In this document: positions 19,669 through 29,882 of the stretch, one piece after another
Position numbering within the stretch: the first letter of the stretch is position 1
Layout of the letters: each line of letters begins with the position of its first letter
NCBI RefSeq assembly: GCF_024281035.1
Contig: NZ_JAMXLH010000032.1
Location: 30,764 to 94,763 of the forward strand
Source of the DNA: Paraburkholderia sp.
GTDB taxonomy: Bacteria > Pseudomonadota > Gammaproteobacteria > Burkholderiales > Burkholderiaceae
DNA length: 64,000 nt
Direction of reading: 5' to 3'
Program-made: the position numbers and the translations under genes
Notes under the pieces: generated by a model
Seen by the model: only the letters and a program-made list of their open reading frames with translations
Told to the model about the DNA's origin: nothing
Databases searched by the model: none

Positions 19669-19811
19669 TGGTATGGCTCCGCTGGGGCTGGCTTGCAAAT
19701 CGCTGTATATGTTTTTCTTGCCTGGTTTGATGATTAATTGGCTAAATATTGGATTTTTATTTAAATTAGCTGATAATCTGTATATTTGAGTTATATATAC
19801 TGGAGAAGGTA

Positions 19812-20231
19812 ATGTTGTCGTATCCCATCGTGTTGACGCCGGATTCAAACGGCACGCTGCTTGTCACGTTCCCCGACGTGCCGGAAGCAATCACCGTTGG
19901 AGAGAGCGAAGAAGATGCGTACGTACAGGCACTTGATGCACTTGAGGCGGCATTTGAAATTTATTTTTCTGAGAAACGTCAGATTCCGATGCCTTCGAAA
20001 TCCAGGCGCGGTCAACCTACGGTGACGTTACCAGCCCTGGTGGTATCGAAGGTGTTGCTTGCCAATGAAATGCTAAATCAAAAAGTGCGCAAATCTGATC
20101 TGGCTAAACGGCTTAAAGTAAATCAGGTGCAGGTGGATAGACTTTTGAAGCTTAATCATTCTTCAAAAATCGAGATGGTGGAGTCTGCATTTGCCGCATT
20201 AGGCAAGCGCCTGGACATTCGAGCTGTGTAA
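19812..20231 (+). CDS. hicB: HicB-family antitoxin with C-terminal HTH
   Basis: YPIVL...LVTFPDVPEAIT.GE..E.A...A.DAL, followed by an HTH (RKSDLAKRLKVNQVQVDRLL). Confidence 0.92.
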   Translation: MLSYPIVLTPDSNGTLLVTFPDVPEAITVGESEEDAYVQALDALEAAFEIYFSEKRQIPMPSKSRRGQPTVTLPALVVSKVLLANEMLNQKVRKSDLAKRLKVNQVQVDRLLKLNHSSKIEMVESAFAALGKRLDIRAV

Positions 20232-20605
20232 GCCACAAGCCCCACAACAGGCTGGTCAAATAAACGCGGTACCGCGGATCGTGCGTGTCGATGCGGGACG
20301 TGGAGGGACCACTGGATCAAATTTCCCGAATTTCCAGAAAGGCGTGGCCGAACCTGTGCTCGGCGCGCTCGTCGGGGGGCGTGAGGTCGGCAAATTAGCG
20401 ACTTATTTGTTCAAAACGGCGTGGTCGGACTGCACAGTTATTTTTGGCGCAGCTAAAGTTCGCGGCTGCCGTGGCCGTTAAACAGGCCAATGGGCCGAAA
20501 AGGCCCGATCCACCCGGGCGTGAGACCAGAAACAGACGCGCATCGGGATTGACGTCCGGGGTGTCCCGACGGCAGGGCGCCTCTTTTCACATAAGAAAGA
20601 CAGAC

Positions 20606-21652
20606 ATGGCCCAAGCCACGCCGCATTCCTCGTTTCTGAAAAGGCTGTCCCGCCACGACGTGGCGGTCGATATCGGCACCGCGAACACGTTGATCTATAC
20701 GGCAGACCGGGGCGTCGTCCTGAATCAGCCGTCGGTGGTCTGCTTCGAGCGCCGCGCAGGGGCCGGCGAGGCAACGGTCGCCGCCGTCGGGCGCGAGGCG
20801 AAGGAATTACTCGGGCGCGCACCGTCGAATCTGGAACCCGTGCGGCCGCTGTGCAACGGCGTAATCGCCGATTTCCCCGCTGCGGGACACATGATGCGCT
20901 GCTTCGTGGCGATGGCGCGCACGCACCGCCCGCTTGGCCGCCGCGCGTCGTTCACGGTCTGTGTGCCGGCGTCGGCCAACCAGGTGGAGCGCCGCGCGAT
21001 CCGCGAAACCGCGCTTGCGGCGGGCGCGGCAAGCGCGAATCTCATCGGCGAATCGCTTGCCTCGGCGATCGGGGCCGGGTTGCCGGTCGCGTCGGCGACC
21101 GGATCGATGGTCGTCAGTATCGGCGGCGGCACGACCGAGGTCGGCGTAATCGCGCTTGGCGGCCTGGCCTGCTGCGGCTCGGTGCGCGTGGGCGGCGACG
21201 AGTTCGACCGCGCCATCATCAATTACGTGCGGGGGCTGTATGGCGTCTTGCTCGGCGACCAGACGGCCGAGCACGTGAAAAAGACCATCGGCAGCGCGCT
21301 GCATGGCCAGCCGGTCGAAACCATGCGCGCCACCGGTCGCAGCCTCGACGACGGCCTGCCGCGCACGATCGAGCTGACGAGCCACGACATCGCGGACGCG
21401 CTTGCCGTGCCGCTGCGCCAGGTGATCGGCGTGGTGCGGCAGGTGTTCGAGACCGCGCCGCCCGAACTCGTGACCGACATCGCCGATACCGGCATCCTGC
21501 TGACCGGCGGCGGCGCGCTGCTCGGGCAGCTCGACGCGTGCCTTGCGGCCGAGCTAGGCGTGGCAGTGCGCGTGGCCGACGAGCCGCTCACCTGCGCCGT
21601 GCGCGGCGCGGGCCTCGCAGCGGCGTGCCTCGACGCGCACGCATTCCAATAA
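20606..21652 (+). CDS. mreB: Orphan MreB-like actin homologue with altered phosphate-2 motif
   Basis: Contains DIGTANT, GVIADF, AIGAGLPV, VVSIGGGTTE, GGDEFD and LTGGGALL. No mreC or mreD follows. Confidence 0.85.
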   Translation: MAQATPHSSFLKRLSRHDVAVDIGTANTLIYTADRGVVLNQPSVVCFERRAGAGEATVAAVGREAKELLGRAPSNLEPVRPLCNGVIADFPAAGHMMRCFVAMARTHRPLGRRASFTVCVPASANQVERRAIRETALAAGAASANLIGESLASAIGAGLPVASATGSMVVSIGGGTTEVGVIALGGLACCGSVRVGGDEFDRAIINYVRGLYGVLLGDQTAEHVKKTIGSALHGQPVETMRATGRSLDDGLPRTIELTSHDIADALAVPLRQVIGVVRQVFETAPPELVTDIADTGILLTGGGALLGQLDACLAAELGVAVRVADEPLTCAVRGAGLAAACLDAHAFQ

Positions 21653-21801
21653 GCGGCATTGATCCGATGAATGGCGCGTCGCACGCGGCGCGCGCCATCG
21701 TGGGACAATAGCCCCTTTTTTCGCGGACGGACACACGCGGCGCCATCGTCGTTGCGCTGTGCCGCTCTGCTGCGTTTATTCCGCTTTTATTCCTTCGTGC
21801 C

Positions 21802-22644
21802 GTGAGTCAAGCCGTTTTTCCCGCGCCCCGATCGTTCATCGAATTGTCCGGGGGCGTGCCCATGCCATTCGTCGCGCGCGGCGAGGGGACGTTGCTGTTG
21901 TTCGTGCACGGCTCGCTGTGCGACTACCGCTACTGGCAGCCGCAGCTCGCGGGGCTCTCGAAGCAATACCGCTGCGTTTCCGTGAGCCTCTCGCACTATT
22001 GGCCCGCTGCCGATGCGGTGCACGATCAGCCTTTTAGCTGGAGCCGGCACGCGGACGAAATCGCGGAATTTATCGAAGCATTCGGCGCCGGACCGGCTCA
22101 CGTGATCGGGCATTCGCGCGGCGGCAGCGTGTCGTTCGAGTTCGCACGGCGCCATCCGGAACGCGTGCGTACGCTCACGCTGGCGGACCCGGGCGGGCCC
22201 GTGCAATTGCCGGGACAGGCGCACGTGCAATTGCCGGAGATCGTCAATACGCTGCGCGCGCGTGCCGTGCAATTGATCGAGTCCGGCGAAGTCGATGCCG
22301 GGCTCGAACTGTTCGTGGATTCGGTCAGCCAGCCGGGCTTCTGGGCGCGCAGCACGCGCGCGTTTCGCAAGATGGCAACGGATAACGCGCACACGCTCGG
22401 GCCGCAATTCCGCGATCCGCTGCCTGCGTACACGCGCGAAAAAGCCGCTGAAATCGCGTGCCCGGTATTGCTCATCGATGGCGAGCTGAGTCCGCTGGTC
22501 TTTCATCGAACAGTGAAGGCACTCGACGAATGGCTCGGGGACGCGCGGCGCGCCACTGTGATGGGTGCGTCGCACGGCATGAATCTCGCGCTTCCCGCGG
22601 CGTTTAATGCAATCGTCGACCGGTTTGTGCGCGAGCGCGGTTGA
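21802..22644 (+). CDS. Alpha/beta hydrolase
   Basis: Contains FVHGSLCD, GHSRGG and ASHGM. Confidence 0.88.
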   Translation: MSQAVFPAPRSFIELSGGVPMPFVARGEGTLLLFVHGSLCDYRYWQPQLAGLSKQYRCVSVSLSHYWPAADAVHDQPFSWSRHADEIAEFIEAFGAGPAHVIGHSRGGSVSFEFARRHPERVRTLTLADPGGPVQLPGQAHVQLPEIVNTLRARAVQLIESGEVDAGLELFVDSVSQPGFWARSTRAFRKMATDNAHTLGPQFRDPLPAYTREKAAEIACPVLLIDGELSPLVFHRTVKALDEWLGDARRATVMGASHGMNLALPAAFNAIVDRFVRERG

Positions 22645-22995
22645 GGTTTTTCTTTGGACCGTTCTTTGCGTAATCGGCGTTTTTTCGCTTTTTAACTGTC
22701 GTAGTCCTCAATTAATGCATGTGGTGTTTTTGAACCCGTGCGTCGAGTAGAAGGTTGACGCTCTGTGTCAGCTGTTCGTCGCCAATTCGCCGCACGCCGC
22801 GTCAAGCAGCTTTCCACGCAGCTTTCGTGCCGACAAGAGGCCCTCGCGCGCATGCACGTGCGCATGTACGTGCCAAAGCAGAAGCCTCTACAATCAGAAA
22901 AAACGAAACGTACGGCAACACCGTTCTACGCCTTCGGAGTAAGCGCTGAAGCGCTCACTCCGATCGACAACCCCGATCGAAACAGGAGCTACGCG

Positions 22996-25266
22996 ATGCA
23001 GGATCCCGAGGAACTCGGCGGCGTCACCCGTGCAGGCGGTGTGGATCATCCCGACCACGACACGGACGGCGCATTCATCGCACCCGAAACACCCGACGTC
23101 GCAAGCGCGGACCAGCATGTGCTGAAGTCGGGCGATACATTCATCGTCAACGATCCGCTCGGCGATATCACGGGCATCGACGACGGTCTGTTCGTCAACG
23201 ACACGCGTGTGCTCTCCTCGCTGCGCCTCACCTTTGGCGGGCGCGCGCCGTCGCTGCTCTCCGGCAGCGTCAGCAGCGACAACACCGCGTTCGCGGCACA
23301 TCTCACCAATCGTCCGCTACCGCCGCTCGGCGGCAAGACCACGCCCGAAGGCGTGATCCACGTGCAGCGCTCGCGCGTGCTCTCGGGCACGATGATGACC
23401 GAGGCCATCGAACTCACGAACTACGGCACGACCGATGCCACGGTGCCGCTCTCGATCTCGTTTGCGAGCGACTTTCGCGACATGTTCGAGGTGCGCGGCT
23501 TGAAGCGCGAACAGCGCGGCACGCTTGTGCCGCCGCGCGTGGAAGACGGCGAGGTGCGGCTCGAATACATCGGTCGCGACAAGGTCGCGCGGCGCGTGCG
23601 CATCGAGTTTTCGCCGCCGCCCAACAAGCTCTTCGCGGACCGCGCGGACTATTCAGTCGAGTTGCCCGCCCAGGCCTGCGTGTCGCGTTACCTGACGGTC
23701 ACGATCGAGGTCGAGCCGCTGCCGGGCGCCGCGCCCGGCACGCCGAGCGCGGGCATCGTCCAGCCCGAGCATTGTCTTGTCGACGACAAGGAACTGCGCG
23801 TGGGACGCGCGGCCGTGCGCGCAGCGCTCGTCGATTCGCATATCGTCATGCGCGAACGCCGCCGCGTGACGGCACGCGTGCGTTCGAGCAATCCGCTTTT
23901 CAATGCGTGGATCAACCGCTCGATTGCCGACCTCGGCTTGCTGACCACCGACTTGCCGACCGGTCCCTATCCGTACGCGGGCATTCCGTGGTTCTCCACG
24001 CCGTTCGGGCGCGATGCGATCTTCACCTCGCTGCAGACGCTGTGGCTCACACCGGCGCTTGCGCGCGGCGTGCTGCGCTTTCTCGCGGCGCACCAGGCGC
24101 GCGAGACCTCGGCGTTTCGCGATTCCGCGCCGGGCAAGATCATGCACGAGATGCGCAAGAGCGAAATGGCGGCGACGGGCGAAGTGCCCTTTGCGCTCTA
24201 CTACGGCGGCGTGGACTCCACGCCGCTCTTCGTCGTGCTCGCGGGCGCCTATGCGGAGCGCACCGGCGATAGCGCGCTGATCGACGAACTGTGGCCCGCG
24301 CTCGAACGCGCGGCAGCGTGGGTGGCGAGTGTGTGCGACCGCAATCCGCACGGGCTGCTCGACTACCGGCGCGAATCGGAGGGCGGGCTGGCGAACCAGG
24401 GCTGGAAGGACAGCCACGATTCGGTGTTCCATGCCGATGGACACTTCCCCGATGGCCCGATTGCGCTGGTCGAAGTGCAGGCCTATGCGAGTTCGGCATT
24501 CGATACGATGGCGCGCTTCGCCACGCAGCGCGGGCTCGCCGAAGACGCGGCCCGCTACGCAGCGCGGGCGTCGAAAATTCGTCAGTGCGTGGAAGAAAAA
24601 TACTGGATGGAGGAAGCCGCTTTCTACGGCATTGCGCTCGACGGTCACGGCGAACTCTGCCGCGTGCTGGCGTCGAACGCGGGGCATCTGCTTGCGTTCG
24701 GCCTGCCCGAATACGAGCGCGGCCGCAGCGTCGCGGGCGTGCTCGAATCGGCGCTGTTCCATACCGGATGGGGCGTGCGCACGCTGGCGGCGGGGCAGGC
24801 GCGCTTCAATCCGATGGCCTACCACAACGGCTCGGTCTGGCCGCACGATAACGCGATCTGCGCGCGCGGGCTCGCACGCTATGGCCGCAAGGAAGCGGCC
24901 GTGCGTCTGTTGCAGGCGCTCTTCGAAGCGGCGGTCACGTTCGATATGCGCTTGCCCGAACTCTTCTGCGGTTTCCCGCGCCGTCGCGGCGAGCCGCCGA
25001 CCGCCTATCCGGTCGCGTGCCTGCCGCAGGCGTGGGCCGCGGGCTCGCCTTTCATGATGCTCGAAGCGTGTCTTGGCGTATCGATCGATGCGGCACGCAA
25101 CGAAGTGCGCGTCGAGCAGCCGATGCTGCCCGAGGGTATCGACTGGATCGAGATCCGCGATCTGCGTGTGGGCAAGGCCGCCGTCACGCTGACGTTCCGC
25201 CGCGTGGACGGCAAAGTGGTCGCATCGGCGGATCGCAGCGACGTGAAGGTCGTCGCGTTGCTGTAG
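22996..25266 (+). CDS. Glycogen debranching enzyme / amylo-alpha-1,6-glucosidase (GDE_N + GDE_C)
   Basis: Contains YAGIPWFSTPFGRD, PGKIMHEMR, YYGGVDSTP, NQGWKDS and YHNGSVWPHD. The ATG at 22996 has an AGGAG RBS. Confidence 0.92.
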   Translation: MQDPEELGGVTRAGGVDHPDHDTDGAFIAPETPDVASADQHVLKSGDTFIVNDPLGDITGIDDGLFVNDTRVLSSLRLTFGGRAPSLLSGSVSSDNTAFAAHLTNRPLPPLGGKTTPEGVIHVQRSRVLSGTMMTEAIELTNYGTTDATVPLSISFASDFRDMFEVRGLKREQRGTLVPPRVEDGEVRLEYIGRDKVARRVRIEFSPPPNKLFADRADYSVELPAQACVSRYLTVTIEVEPLPGAAPGTPSAGIVQPEHCLVDDKELRVGRAAVRAALVDSHIVMRERRRVTARVRSSNPLFNAWINRSIADLGLLTTDLPTGPYPYAGIPWFSTPFGRDAIFTSLQTLWLTPALARGVLRFLAAHQARETSAFRDSAPGKIMHEMRKSEMAATGEVPFALYYGGVDSTPLFVVLAGAYAERTGDSALIDELWPALERAAAWVASVCDRNPHGLLDYRRESEGGLANQGWKDSHDSVFHADGHFPDGPIALVEVQAYASSAFDTMARFATQRGLAEDAARYAARASKIRQCVEEKYWMEEAAFYGIALDGHGELCRVLASNAGHLLAFGLPEYERGRSVAGVLESALFHTGWGVRTLAAGQARFNPMAYHNGSVWPHDNAICARGLARYGRKEAAVRLLQALFEAAVTFDMRLPELFCGFPRRRGEPPTAYPVACLPQAWAAGSPFMMLEACLGVSIDAARNEVRVEQPMLPEGIDWIEIRDLRVGKAAVTLTFRRVDGKVVASADRSDVKVVALL

Positions 25267-25346
25267 CGCTGGCGCGCGTTGCGGCGAGTGTGAACGATGC
25301 CGGGGTTTCACGCGGGTGATGACCCCGGTTGCGCTTATCGAGTCGG

Positions 25347-26435
25347 CTAGTTGTCCGCGCAGGGTCGCAGCGTGAAGTTCGTCGCCACGCCGCCTGTCTC
25401 CACGTTCTTCGTATTGCGGATTTGCGGCGTGTGGAAGCGTTCGAGTGCGGCGCGTTGCGCAGGCGTGCCGACGTTCAATTGCGCCAGCACTTCCATGACC
25501 GTCGCGTAGAGCGCCGTCGCGTTACCGTCTTCCATCTTCACTGCAATACCGATTGCGCGCCCCATCCCTTGCGGCACGGCGTGGCCGGACGCGCGCACGC
25601 CGATCGCGTAGCTGCCGTCGGCACCCACCTTGCCAACGAGCGTGCCCTCGAACGCTTCCATGAGCACCGTGCAGAAGCGGCCTTCGCCCGCAACCATCGC
25701 CGGATAAGAAGTCATCGCGCGGTAGATGCGTGCGAGCGCTTGCGTGCGCAACGAACCCGCAGCGCCGCCCGGGGCGAGCGTATCGGCGGTATCGGCGGCA
25801 TCGGCGAGCTTCGCATAGAGGCGTGCGAGCCGGTCGAGCGGGAACGCGGGCGTCGGCAGATTGCAGCCGTCGATGGCCCATTGCACGCCGTCGTCGGGCA
25901 GGTCGCACACGTCGGCGACCGTGTGCTTCACGTGTGCCTGCAACGGATGCCCGGGCAGGTGGTAGTCGGCTATCGGCGCTTCGATGGCGCGTGCGCCCGC
26001 GAGCATGCCCACATGCTTGCCTGCGCAATTGCTGCAAACCGGGCCGGGCATGAAGTCGCGTTTGATCCACGAGCGGTAGACGGCATCCGATAACGGCACG
26101 TGCCCGCCGCAACGCATGTCCGATTCCTGCGCGGCCACCTTGGCGAGCATCTGGCGGACGCGTTCGATGTGGCGATCCTCGCTGCTGTTCGAGCCGCACA
26201 TGAGGGCGAGGTCGGCGTCGTCAAAGCCGAAGCGCGCAAGCGCACCCGTTTCCGCAACGGCCAGCGCCTGTGCCGGTTTGGCCGCCGAGCGCACGAGCGT
26301 GACGCGGTGCGGATCGCCGAACGCGTAGCACAGCCGGCCATCGGCATCGACGACCGCGACGTGGGCTGCGTGAGTCGTCTCGACGAGCCCGCCGCGATAG
26401 ACCGTGACGGCGGGTTCGAAAGCGTGCGTTGCCAT
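25347..26435 (-). CDS. L-asparaginase II (Rhizobium AnsA-type)
   Basis: Contains RSAAKP, NCAGKH (family consensus NCSGKH), DGCNLP and GKVGADG. Confidence 0.85.
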   Translation of the reverse strand: MATHAFEPAVTVYRGGLVETTHAAHVAVVDADGRLCYAFGDPHRVTLVRSAAKPAQALAVAETGALARFGFDDADLALMCGSNSSEDRHIERVRQMLAKVAAQESDMRCGGHVPLSDAVYRSWIKRDFMPGPVCSNCAGKHVGMLAGARAIEAPIADYHLPGHPLQAHVKHTVADVCDLPDDGVQWAIDGCNLPTPAFPLDRLARLYAKLADAADTADTLAPGGAAGSLRTQALARIYRAMTSYPAMVAGEGRFCTVLMEAFEGTLVGKVGADGSYAIGVRASGHAVPQGMGRAIGIAVKMEDGNATALYATVMEVLAQLNVGTPAQRAALERFHTPQIRNTKNVETGGVATNFTLRPCADN

Positions 26436-26525
26436 GATGGATCGACCTTGTCGGGTGTGCGGGATGGGGGAGATGGTACAACGCGTGCGCTAGTGGCGGC
26501 GAGGTAGTCACGCTTCGGCGCGACA

Positions 26526-26566
26526 CAAAAAAATAGCGCCGCAGGCTGAAAGCCTGCGGCGCTATT
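26526..26566 (-). terminator. Rho-independent terminator downstream of acnB
   Basis: 16-bp perfect stem AATAGCGCCGCAGGCT-GAA-AGCCTGCGGCGCTATT followed by a T-run on the minus strand. Confidence 0.9.
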
Positions 26567-26663
26567 GCGTGATGCTTCAACAAAAACTGCGTAAAAAACT
26601 ACGGCGATAACTACAAGGAGAACAACTGCGACGAGGACATCGCGCCGTAGCCCAACAACGCGT

Positions 26664-29249
26664 TTACATCGTCACGCTGTCGGCAACCTGCTTGAAATCT
26701 TCGATCTGGTCGAAGTTCATGTATTGATAGATCTTGTCGCCATCGGCGTTGATCACGCCCATGTCGGTCATGTACTCGTCCTTGGTCGGGATCTTGCCGA
26801 GGCGCGAGCAGATTGCCGCCAGTTCCGCCGAGCCGAGGTACACGTTCGTGTTTTTGCCAAGGCGGTTCGGGAAGTTGCGGGTCGACGTCGACATGACCGT
26901 CGCGCCTTCGCGCACCTGTGCCTGGTTGCCCATGCACAGCGAGCAGCCCGGCATTTCGGTGCGCGCACCAGCCGTGCCGAACACGCCGTAATGGCCTTCC
27001 GCGGTCAGCTGCTTCTGGTCCATCTTGGTCGGCGGGGCCACCCACAGCTTGACCGGGATGTCGCGCTTGCCTTCCAGCAGCTTCGATGCGGCGCGGAAGT
27101 GACCGATGTTGGTCATGCACGAACCGATGAACACTTCGTCGATCTTGACACCGGCGACATCGGAGAGCGTCTTCACGTCGTCCGGATCGTTCGGGCAGGC
27201 GACGATCGGCTCATGGACGTCGGCGAGGTCGATCTCGATGACGGCGGCGTACTCGGCGTCGGCATCCGGCGACAGCAGTTGCGGGTTGGCCAGCCACTGC
27301 TCCATCGCCTTGATGCGGCGCTGCAGGGTGCGCGCGTCCTGGTAGCCGTCGGCGATCATGCACTTCAGCAGCGTGATGTTGCTGTTGAGGTACTCGATGA
27401 TCGGTTCCTTGTTCAGGCGCACCGAGCAACCGGCGGCCGAACGCTCGGCGGACGCATCCGACAATTCGAACGCTTGCTCGACCTTCAGATCGGGCAGGCC
27501 TTCGATTTCGAGAATGCGGCCCGAGAAGATGTTCTTCTTGCCTTGCTTGGCAACGGTCAGCATGCCTTGCTTGATGGCGTACAGCGGGATGGCGTTGACG
27601 AGGTCACGCAGGGTCACGCCCGGCTGCATCTTGCCCTTGAAGCGGACCAGCACCGATTCCGGCATGTCCAGCGGCATCGTGCCGGTGGCGGCTGCGAAGG
27701 CGACCAGGCCCGAACCGGCCGGGAAGCTGATGCCGATCGGGAAGCGCGTGTGCGAGTCGCCGCCGGTGCCGACGGTGTCGGGCAGCAGCATGCGGTTCAG
27801 CCACGAGTGGATCACGCCGTCGCCCGGGCGCAGCGCAACGCCGCCACGGGTGCTGATGAAGTTCGGCAGGGTCTGGTGCGTCTTCACGTCCACCGGCTTC
27901 GGATAGGCGGCGGTGTGGCAGAACGACTGCATGACGAGGTCGGCCGAGAAGCCGAGGCACGCCAGATCCTTGAGTTCGTCGCGGGTCATCGGGCCCGTGG
28001 TGTCCTGCGAGCCGACCGAGGTCATCTTCGGTTCGCAGTACGTGCCCGGGCGCACGCCCTGGCCTTCCGGCAGACCGCAGGCGCGGCCAACCATCTTCTG
28101 GGCCAGCGAGAAGCCCTTGCCCGTGTCGGCCGGCTGCTGCGGCAGGCGGAACAGCGTCGACGGCGCGAGACCCAGCGCTTCACGCGCCTTGGCGGTCAGG
28201 CCGCGGCCGATGATCAGCGGAATGCGGCCGCCGGCGCGCACTTCGTCGAACAGCACGTCGGACTTGACCTGGAACTCCGAGATCACTTCGCCGTTCTTCA
28301 GCGCCTTGCCTTCGTACGGGCGCAGTTCGACGACGTCGCCCATTTCCATCTTCGACACGTCGAGTTCGATCGGCAGGGCGCCGGCGTCTTCCATCGTGTT
28401 GTAGAAGATCGGGGCGATCTTGCCGCCGAGGCACACGCCGCCAAAGCGCTTGTTCGGGATGAAGGGGATGTCTTCACCCGTGAACCACAGCACCGAGTTG
28501 GTGGCCGATTTGCGCGAGGAGCCGGTGCCGACCACGTCGCCCACGTAGGCGACCAGGTTGCCCTTTTTCTTCAGCGATTCGATGAACTTGACCGGGCCGC
28601 GCTTGCCGTCTTCTTCCGGGGTGATACCGGGACGGGCGTTCTTCAGCATCGCCAGCGCGTGCATCGGGATGTCCGGGCGGGTGGTGGCGTCCGGGGCCGG
28701 CGACAGGTCGTCGGTGTTGGTTTCGCCCGTCACCTTGAAGACGGTGATGGTCAGGCTTTGCGGCACTTCCGGACGGCTGGTGAACCATTCGGCGTCGGCC
28801 CAGCTTTGCAGCACGGCCTTCGCGTTCGCGTTGCCCTGGTCGGCCAGTTCCTTGACGTCGTGGAACTGATCGAACATCAGCAGGGTTTTCTTCAGCGCGT
28901 CGGCGGCGACGGTGCCCACTTCGGCGTCGGACAGCAGCCCGATCAGCGGCTGGATGTTGAAGCCGCCCAGCATCGTGCCGAGCAGTTCGGTGGCGCGGGT
29001 GCGCGAGATCAGCGCGCAGGCGGTTTCGCCTTTGGCCACGGCGGCCAGGAAGCCGGCCTTCACGCGGGCGGCTTCGTCCACGCCGGCGGGCACGCGGTGG
29101 GTGATCAGGTCGAGCAGCGTCTGCTCTTCGCCCGCGGGCGGATTGGTCAACAGTTCCACCAGCTCGGCGGTTTGCTGAGCCGTCAGCGGCAGGGGGGGAA
29201 TACCGAGCGCGGCGCGAGCGGCCACGTGAGCACGAAAGTTTTCAAGCAT
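26664..29249 (-). CDS. acnB: Aconitate hydratase B / 2-methylisocitrate dehydratase
   Basis: 861 aa with [43 protein letters not shown] and [11 protein letters not shown]. Confidence 0.97.
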   Translation of the reverse strand: MLENFRAHVAARAALGIPPLPLTAQQTAELVELLTNPPAGEEQTLLDLITHRVPAGVDEAARVKAGFLAAVAKGETACALISRTRATELLGTMLGGFNIQPLIGLLSDAEVGTVAADALKKTLLMFDQFHDVKELADQGNANAKAVLQSWADAEWFTSRPEVPQSLTITVFKVTGETNTDDLSPAPDATTRPDIPMHALAMLKNARPGITPEEDGKRGPVKFIESLKKKGNLVAYVGDVVGTGSSRKSATNSVLWFTGEDIPFIPNKRFGGVCLGGKIAPIFYNTMEDAGALPIELDVSKMEMGDVVELRPYEGKALKNGEVISEFQVKSDVLFDEVRAGGRIPLIIGRGLTAKAREALGLAPSTLFRLPQQPADTGKGFSLAQKMVGRACGLPEGQGVRPGTYCEPKMTSVGSQDTTGPMTRDELKDLACLGFSADLVMQSFCHTAAYPKPVDVKTHQTLPNFISTRGGVALRPGDGVIHSWLNRMLLPDTVGTGGDSHTRFPIGISFPAGSGLVAFAAATGTMPLDMPESVLVRFKGKMQPGVTLRDLVNAIPLYAIKQGMLTVAKQGKKNIFSGRILEIEGLPDLKVEQAFELSDASAERSAAGCSVRLNKEPIIEYLNSNITLLKCMIADGYQDARTLQRRIKAMEQWLANPQLLSPDADAEYAAVIEIDLADVHEPIVACPNDPDDVKTLSDVAGVKIDEVFIGSCMTNIGHFRAASKLLEGKRDIPVKLWVAPPTKMDQKQLTAEGHYGVFGTAGARTEMPGCSLCMGNQAQVREGATVMSTSTRNFPNRLGKNTNVYLGSAELAAICSRLGKIPTKDEYMTDMGVINADGDKIYQYMNFDQIEDFKQVADSVTM

Positions 29250-29329
29250 GGGGGACCTGCTGAATTGGCGTTTCAGGGGGGAGGCTTGTAAGGCGCTCCG
29301 AGGCTGTTCCAGGCACTACTTTGATCGCG

Positions 29330-29358
29330 ATTCTAATTGCAATGCACTGTAGCGTCAA
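29330..29358 (-). promoter_or_regulatory. Sigma-70 promoter of acnB
   Basis: Minus strand: TTGACG (29358-29353), 17-bp spacer, TAGAAT (29335-29330). Confidence 0.8.
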
Positions 29359-29361
29359 ACA

Positions 29362-29380
29362 TCTTATATCTTATATAAGA
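29362..29380. promoter_or_regulatory. TCTTATATCTTATATAAGA operator, probable SdhR (GntR/HutC) site
   Basis: Contains the palindrome TCTTATATAAGA plus a direct half-repeat just upstream of the acnB -35. It differs by one base from the betaproteobacterial TCA-regulator SdhR motif as I recall it (TCTTATGTCTTATATAAGA). Confidence 0.65.
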
Positions 29381-29689
29381 GTTGGAAAATAAAACCGTTG
29401 GAAATCATGGCTGTAAAGACGGGGACGGATTTTTCATGCGCGGTCTGGCTGGCGCGTGGGGTGTGAGCTGCGCTCGGTGGGTTCGAAGGCGCCTGTAAGG
29501 TGGGCGAGGCGCTCGGGGGAAGCAGAGGGCGTGGCTGGCGGTATGGACGTTCCGGTTCCGGTATGTCGCGCCGCGAAGTCGCTAGCCGGCTTCGAGTCGT
29601 GCTGCTGAAACAGGCTGCACATATTGGTTGGCCGGGGTGCCGAAAGTGAACTTGCCTGAGGCTTGTGCACGCGCAATAGAAACGGCTGT

Positions 29690-29878
29690 GTCCATCGACG
29701 GCGTAGCGGCATTGTTCGCATGCGCTCCGCGTACTTTTCTTGCGTTGGCAAACAGTGCGCCCGCGAGTTTCGTCTTCGTGAGGCCGGGAAGCAGAGCATT
29801 CACACGGATGCCAAGGGATTCGCATCCCTTGGCAAACGCCCTGGTCATGTTGACGACCGCAGCTTTCGTAATCGAATT
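29690..29878 (-). pseudogene. Truncated, frameshifted short-chain dehydrogenase remnant
   Basis: *NSITKAAVVNMTRAFAKGCESLGIRVNALLPGLTKTKLAGALF, then a frameshift into ...EKYAERMRTMPLRR. The N-terminal half and the catalytic Tyr are missing. Confidence 0.75.
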
Positions 29879-29882
29879 TCAA

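Noticed and set aside
26724-29291. 855-aa plus-strand ORF, and similar long antisense ORFs (e.g. 5069-7618, 23653-25311, 2490-3875, 3900-5702)
   Set aside because: These are shadow ORFs opposite well-supported genes. They are expected in high-GC DNA and carry no family motifs.
29470-29500. tRNA-like GGTTCGAA near the island edge (possible attachment site)
   Set aside because: The flanking bases do not form a T-stem, and there is no acceptor stem or anticodon arm.
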